DNA from: Candidatus Methylomirabilis sp.
GTDB lineage: Bacteria; Pseudomonadota; Gammaproteobacteria; Acidiferrobacterales; Sulfurifustaceae
Length of the DNA stretch: 64,000 bases
Assembly: GCA_035624495.1 (NCBI GenBank)
Contig: DASPRK010000231.1
Coordinates: forward strand, 185-64,184
Direction of reading: 5' to 3'
The notes beneath the pieces were generated by a model that worked only from the letters and a program-made list of their open reading frames with translations, was not told where the DNA came from and did no database searches. Below, piece by piece: positions 8,887 to 16,448 of the stretch (within the stretch, counting starts at the first letter, position 1; each line of letters begins with the position of its first letter). A program made the translations under genes and the position numbers.

Positions 8887-9018
8887 ATGAAAACTAGCTT
8901 GTGGATCGTCATCGTGGTGGTGGTGTTCTTCGTCGGATTCCTGGTCGGTTATACCTTCTGTCCGGGGGGGCAAGGGGCGCCCGCCGGTACGCCGGCGGCC
9001 ACCGATAAGGCGCGGTGA
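8887..9018 (+). CDS. 43-aa single-TM peptide (not in the ORF track)
   Basis: ATG 8887 gives MKTSLWIVIVVVVFFVGFLVGYTFCPGGQGAPAGTPAATDKAR, then TGA; fills the operon gap between TusA and DsrE-like genes. Confidence 0.65.
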   Translation: MKTSLWIVIVVVVFFVGFLVGYTFCPGGQGAPAGTPAATDKAR

Positions 9019-9050
9019 GAATCGGTTCTCCCGACGGAAAATAAACAATC

Positions 9051-9347
9051 ATGCATCTGGGAATCGTGGCGACGAGTGAATCGGCCGAAGACCATGTGGT
9101 TGGTCTGGCGCGCGCGGCCGTCGCACGCGGATGGCAGTGCCGATGTTTCCTGACCGACACCGGTGTGAAGCTGCTGCACTCGGCTCGCCTGCTTGAGCTC
9201 GCACGCACCGGAAAGCTGCGGGTCGACGCTTGCGAGCACAGCTGGCACATCCATGGCAGCGGTACCGCTCCGGAGGGCGCGGTGATGACGGGCCAGATCA
9301 AGAATGCCGAACTGGCCCATGAGTGCGACAAGGTCATCGTGCTCTAG
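9051..9347 (+). CDS. DsrE-like protein (short)
   Basis: CFLTDTGV, conserved DACEHS cysteine, C-terminal CDKVIVL. Confidence 0.8.
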   Translation: MHLGIVATSESAEDHVVGLARAAVARGWQCRCFLTDTGVKLLHSARLLELARTGKLRVDACEHSWHIHGSGTAPEGAVMTGQIKNAELAHECDKVIVL

Positions 9348-9353
9348 CCCGAG

Positions 9354-9608
9354 ATGAAGAAAAACATCCTCGTTATCGCCAAACACAACAAGGTCGAGGC
9401 GCTGCGGGTGGCCGCCGGCCTCACGTTGATGAACGATCTGGTGAAGGTCGCGGTACTCGGCGCACTTGATGATTCTCCCGCGGTGCGGGAGCAGCTTGAG
9501 GCCCTGGACTTCGGGGAAGTGCCGTACGAGGTGTTCGACGACTCCACTCCGGTGACCGAGGCCCTGGCGCGAAACCTGTTCAGCGCCGACGTGGTGTACG
9601 TAATATGA
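9354..9608 (+). CDS. DsrF/DsrE-fold-like small protein
   Basis: KNILVI..EALRVAAGL..VKVAVLG..ADVVYVI pattern; follows the DsrE-like gene; no Cys. Confidence 0.6.
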   Translation: MKKNILVIAKHNKVEALRVAAGLTLMNDLVKVAVLGALDDSPAVREQLEALDFGEVPYEVFDDSTPVTEALARNLFSADVVYVI

Positions 9609-9787
9609 ATGCGACCCGGCACATTCTTATTCTCTACATCGGTAGCGACATGCCCGCCGGACTGATGGAGATGGCCACCATGCTGGGACGCCTCGGGGCG
9701 ATCGTGAATGTACGGATGTGCGGCGGGCGCTACGATGAGATTCTCGACGTCGTGGCGGCCGCCGATACCGTGATCTGCTGGCGCTGA
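9605..9787 (+). CDS. DsrH-like small protein (60 aa)
   Basis: ATGA overlap with the previous gene; ends YDEILDVVAAADTVICW, like DsrH/TusB C-termini. Confidence 0.55.
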   Translation: MNATRHILILYIGSDMPAGLMEMATMLGRLGAIVNVRMCGGRYDEILDVVAAADTVICWR

Positions 9788-10082
9788 GCGGCGTTTCCGG
9801 GAAAATTATACACGCCGTCCGAAAAAGCGATGAGCGGCGCGGCTGCGCCGATTTCAGGCGGGTTCCCCTATCGCCGGTAAATTCGGTCTTGGGCCGTTTC
9901 ATGGCATCGTGGTACGTACGGGTCGACGCGAAATAATTGGGGTGTCCAGGGACTCCCCCTCTCCACCAGCACGATATCGGCCCTGGCAGACGGGTCCGCA
10001 CACGCGAACACTTTCACGTCAGTTTCCCGCGCATGATACTCACGGGCTCCGATATGTACAGTGTTCGGATCGATACCGCGTT

Positions 10083-10096
10083 CTGACCTGCGTCAA
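10083..10096. promoter_or_regulatory. Possible FNR/CRP-family box
   Basis: CTGAC-CTGC-GTCAA (consensus TTGAT-N4-ATCAA), about 70 bp upstream of ATG 10168. Confidence 0.3.
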
Positions 10097-10167
10097 AGAC
10101 ACACGCCGCCACTATGCATATCTTGCACATAATATTGGCGTGCGCGCTATCTCATGCGGAGGGAGTC

Positions 10168-10353
10168 ATGACACCGACCAAACCCGGAGTCGGGCCGCAT
10201 TCGCCGGTGAAGGAACCGAAGTTCTGCCGCTGCCGTCTGTGTCACGAACATTTCTACGGCGAGACCATTGCGCAGGCGCGCGCGTCCTGCGTGGAACACG
10301 CCAGGCGCCGCCATCCCGACTGGCATGTGACCGCGTGTTTCTGTCCCGACTGA
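10168..10353 (+). CDS. Small Cys/His-rich putative metal-binding protein (DUF1059-like)
   Basis: RBS GGAGGGAG; CRCRLCHEHFYGET...CVEHARRRHPD...CFCPD. Confidence 0.6.
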   Translation: MTPTKPGVGPHSPVKEPKFCRCRLCHEHFYGETIAQARASCVEHARRRHPDWHVTACFCPD

Positions 10354-10404
10354 CGCGCCGTATGTTCCCGTCGTGGACAGCCATCGCGTCCCCGGAGGTG
10401 CGAC

Positions 10405-11052
10405 ATGCCGCTTCGAGCTTGGACAGGAGTGTTGCTGATGATCATGACCACTACGACAATCGCCCGGGAAACGCAGTCCTTGCCGCTGCCGCCGCCGCAG
10501 ACTGACGGCGGCAAACCGCTGATGCGGGCACTCAAGGAACGGCATTCCACCCGCGAGTTCAGCTACGAGGCGTTGCCGCCGCAGGTGCTGTCGAACCTGC
10601 TGTGGGCCGCGGCCGGCGTGAACCGGCCGGCGTCGGGTCAGCGCACCGTCCCGTCGGCGCGTGACTGGCGCGAGATCGACGTGTACGTCGCGACGGCGGA
10701 CGGCATGTACCGGTATGATGCCAAGGTGCATGCGTTGCGACTGCTCGTCGCACGCGACCTGCGCGCGCTCACGGGCGTGCAGGAATTCGTTGCGGTGGCG
10801 CCGGTCAACCTGGTCTACGTCGCTGATTTCGACCTCATGGAGGGCGCCGCCGCCGATCAGAAGGAATTCTACGCGGCGACCGATGCCGGTTTCATCGCGC
10901 AGAACGTTTACCTTTACTGCGCCTCCGCGAACCTCGCCACCGTGGTGCGTGGATCGGTCGACCGCGAAGCACTCGCCAAAGCCATGGGCCTGGCGCCGCA
11001 CCTGCGGATTATTCTGGCCCAGACCGTGGGTTATCCCGCCAGGGAGCAGTAA
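10405..11052 (+). CDS. Nitroreductase family (SagB/ThcOx-like) protein
   Basis: LPLPPP..DGG..L..ALKERHSTREF, LLWAAAG, RTVPSA, GFIAQNVYL, QTVGYP; RBS GGAGG. Confidence 0.92.
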   Translation: MPLRAWTGVLLMIMTTTTIARETQSLPLPPPQTDGGKPLMRALKERHSTREFSYEALPPQVLSNLLWAAAGVNRPASGQRTVPSARDWREIDVYVATADGMYRYDAKVHALRLLVARDLRALTGVQEFVAVAPVNLVYVADFDLMEGAAADQKEFYAATDAGFIAQNVYLYCASANLATVVRGSVDREALAKAMGLAPHLRIILAQTVGYPAREQ

Positions 11053-11255
11053 ACTGACCGGAACAGCTGCGTTCCAATGCCCTGGACCCGTTCAGTTCAC
11101 GCCAGTGTCGAGGCGGCGCATGTGAGCTGCGTTCATTCCTGCCGTGTTGCTGTTTCCGCTCCCGCTGGTGGCCGTTTTCTTCGCCGGACTCAGAATAACG
11201 AGCGAATGCTATGCTAAAGACAAAGTTCCGGTTGCTATGAAGGAATTCAAAAGCC

Positions 11256-11510
11256 ATGGACTTCGGCAAGACAGTCGACAGCACTATGAAATACTTTCAG
11301 GGCCACCCACTCATGGGCGCCGGTGCTGTCCTGGCCCTGATCGTACTGATCTATCTCAAGCCAAAGGCCGTGTTCAAGCTCGCGGCGGCGGCGATGATCC
11401 TGGTCGCGGTGTTGTACGTGGGTTCGTTTCTGATCGACCTCACGAACACCGGCATTCACGAGCAGGACAAGTCTCTCAGCGACCCCCACCTCAAGCAGCA
11501 GGACCTGTAG
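11256..11510 (+). CDS. Hypothetical small membrane protein
   Basis: 84 aa with two hydrophobic segments; RBS-like AAGGAA; host-like codons. Confidence 0.7.
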   Translation: MDFGKTVDSTMKYFQGHPLMGAGAVLALIVLIYLKPKAVFKLAAAAMILVAVLYVGSFLIDLTNTGIHEQDKSLSDPHLKQQDL

Positions 11511-11603
11511 CAACAGGACGTCGGATCGGATTGCCGGCCGTGATAAAATATGAATAAGGTGCCGGTTTGCGGATCGCGCGAACCTCAGGTCAGGCTATGC
11601 TGA

Positions 11604-12437
11604 ATGATGGACTGTCGAGCGCGCTGCATGGAAAGTCTGAATGACGAATCGCAAGAACTGCTGACCAGGCTTCCGGGCACCGCGAGCCGCCGGCGCGCCG
11701 GCGAGTTGGATGACGCCGTTTTCGCAACACTGTATTTTTTCTACTGGCAGATCGCTCGGCACGGCGCGCGGTTCGCCTCACGCAAGTGCAAGCGTGATCC
11801 TCGCCCGGACATCGGCGCCTGTCTGGCCGACATCGCGAGCACGGACGGTGACACCTTGCGGGGCCTTTTGCTCGCTTGGCTCGATCGATATCAATTTCAC
11901 GGCGTGATCGCCAATGTGCCGGTGGCGCTGGCACAATGGCTGCGCGGCGCCTGGCGCCTCGCGTTGCGCGAAGATATTCCGGACCCGCGCGAGGTACTGC
12001 GCATGCAGGCGCATGGCATGCGTCCCGTGACGGTGCTTACGGCGTGGCCGCGCCTGCGTCAGCCGGTACTGAACAAACCGGATGCGTTCGCGTTTTTCCT
12101 GCACGATCTCGAGCACGCCTACAAGTTTTTTCACTCGCCGGCGCTGCACGCCGGCCAGCTCGCGTTTTTTGCGGCGCTGGACCGTGCCATCGACCGCGGC
12201 GAGTTTGCGTCGTATTTCGGCGATACCGAGTTCTCCGGAAAGTTCCATTACCTGATGAGCGACATGAACACCCACCCGGAGCACAGCCGGCAGTATTTGC
12301 GTGCGATCCTGGTGGAATTTCACCGGCGCCGCGAACGCAAGCGGACAGCCGAAGCACTCAACCAGACGTCGGAGCGCGCCATCACGAATCTGATACGCGT
12401 CGTGGAGATTCCCGCGCTGCTCGCCGTGCGCGCGTGA
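11604..12437 (+). CDS. Hypothetical protein with HDLEH motif
   Basis: 277-aa ORF with protein-like composition (FFLHDLEHAYKFF, YLMSDMNTHP); start uncertain. Confidence 0.7.
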   Translation: MMDCRARCMESLNDESQELLTRLPGTASRRRAGELDDAVFATLYFFYWQIARHGARFASRKCKRDPRPDIGACLADIASTDGDTLRGLLLAWLDRYQFHGVIANVPVALAQWLRGAWRLALREDIPDPREVLRMQAHGMRPVTVLTAWPRLRQPVLNKPDAFAFFLHDLEHAYKFFHSPALHAGQLAFFAALDRAIDRGEFASYFGDTEFSGKFHYLMSDMNTHPEHSRQYLRAILVEFHRRRERKRTAEALNQTSERAITNLIRVVEIPALLAVRA

Positions 12438-12492
12438 ACCACGGTGGGGCGCGCCATGCCCGGCGCGCCCCGACGCGTTCTGCCGACCGGGG

Positions 12493-12828
12493 TTACGAAT
12501 GATCCTCGTCCTCGTCATGGTCCTCGTGTGTGCCGTTGCCGGCGTGGTCGCGATGCGCGTCGTGGTCCTCGGCACGCTTGCCGGGTTCCGCGACTTGGGC
12601 GAACGGTTTCGACGTGGCGGAGTCGTTCCGCCTGAATTTTTCCTGTGCGACCAGGGCGGTATGAACTGGCAGATCGATTCCGAGTCCCGGGGACCATTCG
12701 CGTCATCGGCCCAGTTGTTCCATCAGCCGAACTTGCGCGGCGGCCGGGGATTCGGCGCCATTGGCGGGCGTGGCCAGGGTGATCGTGGTACCGTCGAAGG
12801 CCGCCAGCGATAACAAATTGGATTTCAT
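12493..12828 (-). pseudogene. His/Asp/Glu-tailed protein interrupted by in-frame TGA
   Basis: 41 codons from ATG 12828, TGA at 12705-12703, then 69 more in-frame codons ending EDHDAHRDHAGNGTHEDHDEDEDHS and TAA at 12495-12493. Confidence 0.6.
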
Positions 12829-13124
12829 GGGTGCCAATCCACTTAATTTGAGGTTGTAACGGGCGCCTGAGCGGGCGGATTTCCTCGAGTTGCGCCGGAG
12901 CTTACTCCTGAAATCTCGATTCTCCCTGCATGAAAACCGTCGTCCGAGCATGAAACAAAGCCCGATTGGGCTGTGGGTCCGCCCGAACCAAGCGTTCTCG
13001 GCGTTGTCTTATCTCGATTTGTCCGATACCACCCGGAAATCACATGACACGGCGACTGACTACAATTAGATACAGGAAGACGAGGATCCCCGCGTTCCTC
13101 CCATAGATCAGTCAGGACGACACG

Positions 13125-13562
13125 ATGCCATCGGCACAAGAGCGGGCCAAGGCGCTGGCCCAGGAAATGAGAAAAGCCATCCGCGACGCGAAGGCCGCCG
13201 AGGCGCGCGCGCGACGGCTGGGCGAAGAAGTGATGCAGGCTTTGGCCGAGGCCAGGGAAGAGGCCGAAGCGGCCAGTGTTGTCGTCGAATATCCCGTCGG
13301 CCGTTATGAATGCAAGCGTTGCGGTCAGAGCACGATATTGTCGCGTCCGTATCACGATCTGCCGGCGTGCGATAACTGCGGCAGTCACGAATACGTTGGC
13401 GCCGAGCCCAAGGTCACGCGAATCGAGCCCCCGCCGCCCAAGCAATATCGCGCCGGCCTGTACGAGTGCACCGCCTGCGGCACGCGCGTCGCCCTGGCGA
13501 CCGATGACGACGAGCTTCCGGCGTGCGATCTGTGCGGCGCCGCCGAACTCAAACCGCTGTAA
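13125..13562 (+). CDS. Coiled-coil plus tandem zinc-ribbon protein
   Basis: Two repeats: G.YECxxCG...LPACxxCG. Confidence 0.85.
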   Translation: MPSAQERAKALAQEMRKAIRDAKAAEARARRLGEEVMQALAEAREEAEAASVVVEYPVGRYECKRCGQSTILSRPYHDLPACDNCGSHEYVGAEPKVTRIEPPPPKQYRAGLYECTACGTRVALATDDDELPACDLCGAAELKPL

Positions 13563-13697
13563 CAAACTCCGCCGTTTTCGCGTTTCACGACGCGGCCCTT
13601 TCCGCCCGGATGCCCCCGGAATAAGATAATCCCTCAGACGTAAATTTTCTGCGGCGCCTGAAAAGTGGCGCTGCATTTCCTGCGTGGAGGAATCACT

Positions 13698-14192
13698 ATG
13701 CGACTGAAAAGGCTCGTACCTTTCATGCTGGGTGCAGTGGTGTCGGCGCCACTACCGGCGGCGGACGTGCTGAACGTGAAACTGATGACGCTCGATCTGG
13801 CACGCGAAATTGCCAATCACACGCTCGACGCCTGTCGCAATCAAGGCTATCGGGTGTCGGTGGTCGTGGTCGATCGCGACGGTGCGCCGCAGGTGGTATT
13901 TCGCGACGCCTACGTCGCGCGTTTTGCGACTGACATCGCCGAACGCAAAGCCGGCGCAGTGATTCTCTCTGGCGTCAGTTCGGGGGAGTTTCGCAAGAAC
14001 CGGGACGACATTCATGCCGAACTGAACGAGATCCCAGGGGTGCTGTTGCTGCAGGGCGGCCTGCCGATCCGCGCCGGCGGTTCCCTGATCGGGGCGGTCG
14101 GTGTGAGCGGCGCACCCGGTGGTGACAAGGATGAGTCCTGCGCCGCGGCCGGCATCAAGGCGGTCCAGGAGCGACTCGATTTCGTCGAGTGA
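13698..14192 (+). CDS. GlcG/HbpS-family heme-binding protein (secreted)
   Basis: VSVVVVDRDG, IAERKA, GGLPI...LIGAVGVSGAPGG.KDE.CA; signal peptide; RBS GGAGG. Confidence 0.92.
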   Translation: MRLKRLVPFMLGAVVSAPLPAADVLNVKLMTLDLAREIANHTLDACRNQGYRVSVVVVDRDGAPQVVFRDAYVARFATDIAERKAGAVILSGVSSGEFRKNRDDIHAELNEIPGVLLLQGGLPIRAGGSLIGAVGVSGAPGGDKDESCAAAGIKAVQERLDFVE

Positions 14193-14193
14193 G

Positions 14194-14739
14194 ATGACGA
14201 TGCGCGTCCGGGCAGCCGTCGTCTCGCTGGCGCTGCTGGTTCTCTCCGGCTGCACCGCTGCGCCCAAGGGCGTGCAACCGGTGGGTGATTTCGACGCCGA
14301 GCGTTTCCTCGGCCAGTGGTATGAGATCGCGCGCCTCGACAATCGTTTCGAACGCGGACTCACTCGCATCTCGGCCACGTACACGCGCCGCCGCGACGGT
14401 GGCATCAACGTAATCAATCGCGGCTTCGATCCCGCGGACGGAGAATGGCGCGAGACCAGGGGTCGCGCGTATTTTCTCGGCGATCCGAAAGTCGCGAGCC
14501 TGAAGGTGACGTTCTTCTGGCTGTTTTACGGCGGTTATCACGTGATCGCGCTCGACCGCGCAGGTTACCAGTATGCGCTGGTGTGCGGCCCGTCGCGTTC
14601 GCATCTGTGGATACTGGCGCGCGAGCCGCGCCTGCCGCAAGATACGCTGCGTTCGCTGATCAAGGTCGCGAAAGATGACGGATTCAATACCGAAGCGTTG
14701 ATATTCGCGGATCAGGACGGCAGTGGCGCGCCCCGCTAG
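14194..14739 (+). CDS. blc: Outer-membrane lipoprotein lipocalin Blc
   Basis: Lipobox LSGC; [32 protein letters not shown]. Confidence 0.92.
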   Translation: MTMRVRAAVVSLALLVLSGCTAAPKGVQPVGDFDAERFLGQWYEIARLDNRFERGLTRISATYTRRRDGGINVINRGFDPADGEWRETRGRAYFLGDPKVASLKVTFFWLFYGGYHVIALDRAGYQYALVCGPSRSHLWILAREPRLPQDTLRSLIKVAKDDGFNTEALIFADQDGSGAPR

Positions 14740-14777
14740 CGGCGCCGCCACCGTACCGTTCGACGCAGGAGGACATT

Positions 14778-15413
14778 ATGCTCGATTTCATGAAGAAACT
14801 GAAAATGCCCGGATTAAACGAGGCCTTGCCAGGGCGCGCCGAGAAAATGCGAGTGCCGGCGAAACATTTCGTCAACGGCAATGCGCTCGAGCCGCCGTTT
14901 CCGGAGGGCATGGAGCTGGCGCTGTTCGGGCTCGGATGTTTCTGGGGCGCGGAGAAATATTTCTGGCAGTTGCCGGGCGTCTACGTGACCGCGGTCGGTT
15001 ACGCCGGTGGCCACACGCCCAACCCGACCTACCAGGAAGTGTGCAGCGGCATGACCGGTCACAACGAAGTGGTGCGCGTGGTGTTCGACCCGAAGCGGAT
15101 CGGTTACGCGCAGCTGCTCAAGGCATTCTGGGAAGCGCACGATCCGACCCAGGGCATGCGCCAGGGCAACGACGTCGGTACGCAGTACCGCTCCGGTGTC
15201 TATGTCTACAACGAGGCGCAGAAGCAGGCGGCGCGCGCTTCGCTGACGCGTTACCAGGATGAGCTCAAGAAGGCGGGTTATCCTCCGATCACCACTGAAA
15301 TTCACGATGCGCCCGAGTTCTACTACGCCGAGGATTACCACCAGCAGTATCTGGCGAAAAACCCGCGCGGATACTGCGGCCACGGCGGCACCGGCGTGAC
15401 CTGTCCGCTGTAG
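14778..15413 (+). CDS. msrA: Peptide-methionine (S)-S-oxide reductase
   Basis: [39 protein letters not shown]. Confidence 0.98.
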   Translation: MLDFMKKLKMPGLNEALPGRAEKMRVPAKHFVNGNALEPPFPEGMELALFGLGCFWGAEKYFWQLPGVYVTAVGYAGGHTPNPTYQEVCSGMTGHNEVVRVVFDPKRIGYAQLLKAFWEAHDPTQGMRQGNDVGTQYRSGVYVYNEAQKQAARASLTRYQDELKKAGYPPITTEIHDAPEFYYAEDYHQQYLAKNPRGYCGHGGTGVTCPL

Positions 15414-15416
15414 TGC

Positions 15417-15965
15417 GTGATTTCGCAGACGATTTACACCGTCGGGCACGGCAACCGCAAGCTCGACGACTTGATCACGCTGCTGACGGCGGCGCGCATC
15501 GAGTCGCTGGTCGACGTGCGTGCGCAACCGCGCTCGCAGCACAATCCGCAGTTCAACGACGATTCCCTGCGCGCGGCCTGTGAGCGCGCCGGCATCGTTT
15601 ACCATTGGGCCGGGCGGCAACTCGGCGGTCTGCGCACGCCGCGCCCGGGCTCGCCGCACGTGGCCCTCGAGGAGAGCCGGCGCGGTTTTGCCGATCACAT
15701 GGACACGGAGGCGTTCAGGAAGGGCGCATCGCAGTTGCAACATCTGGCGGCGCGTGGCGCGTGCGCGATCCTGTGCGCCGAGCGCGAACCGGCGCACTGT
15801 CATCGCGCACTGATCGCGGATTATCTGACGTTGCAGGGTATGCGCGTGGTGCACCTGATCGCGCCCGGCGAATCGCGCGAGCATCTGCTGTCACCCGAGG
15901 CGCGGCGCGAATCCGCGGCGCTCATATACGACCGCCAAACGACGGGGCCGCTGGATCTGGGCTAA
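15417..15965 (+). CDS. DUF488 family protein
   Basis: [33 protein letters not shown]. Confidence 0.9.
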   Translation: MISQTIYTVGHGNRKLDDLITLLTAARIESLVDVRAQPRSQHNPQFNDDSLRAACERAGIVYHWAGRQLGGLRTPRPGSPHVALEESRRGFADHMDTEAFRKGASQLQHLAARGACAILCAEREPAHCHRALIADYLTLQGMRVVHLIAPGESREHLLSPEARRESAALIYDRQTTGPLDLG

Positions 15966-16366
15966 CGCAGCTGGATCTTGCCGCCGCCGGGCAAGCCGCC
16001 GGGGCCGAAACCGCCCGCGCCCTTGTCCGGGATGACGATGGACGAAGCCGCCTCGCGCCGCATCTCCTGCAATTCCTTCATGGCGCGTTCGAACGCCTGT
16101 TTCACTGCGGCGGCGTAATTGGTTACCGCTTCCTCGAGCGACTGCGCGTTGATCTCGAAGGAGAGTGGCAGCGCGCCGACGTTGGTCAGCAACTGCGCCT
16201 CGCCGATGAAAACGCTCTTGCGTGCCGGATCGGGCGCACCGTCGGCCTTGACCGGCGTGAGCCGGCGGATCGTGCCCACGCGGCGATCGGTGAAGATCTC
16301 CTCGCGATACAGGGTGGTGCCATCCATTTGCAAATCATTGGTCGTGTTTTCAGGTTTGGTGTTCAT
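15962..16366 (-). CDS. Conserved hypothetical protein
   Basis: LYREEIFTDRRVGTIRRLTPV; protein-like composition; convergent 4-bp overlap with the DUF488 gene. Confidence 0.8.
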   Translation of the reverse strand: MNTKPENTTNDLQMDGTTLYREEIFTDRRVGTIRRLTPVKADGAPDPARKSVFIGEAQLLTNVGALPLSFEINAQSLEEAVTNYAAAVKQAFERAMKELQEMRREAASSIVIPDKGAGGFGPGGLPGGGKIQLR

Positions 16367-16448
16367 GAAGTGTGGCCTCCGCTACGGTCCGGATTCTACC
16401 AAACGAATTGACCGAATGCCGCATCTCGATGCGCCCGGCATGCTCGCC

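Noticed and set aside
9016-9018. TGA ending the 43-aa peptide as possible selenocysteine
   Set aside because: Read-through would run out of frame over the DsrE-like gene, and no SECIS-like hairpin is visible.
12499-12813. Plus-strand ORF MILVLVMVLV... looking like a membrane protein
   Set aside because: Hydrophobic antisense shadow of the His/Asp/Glu codons on the minus strand.
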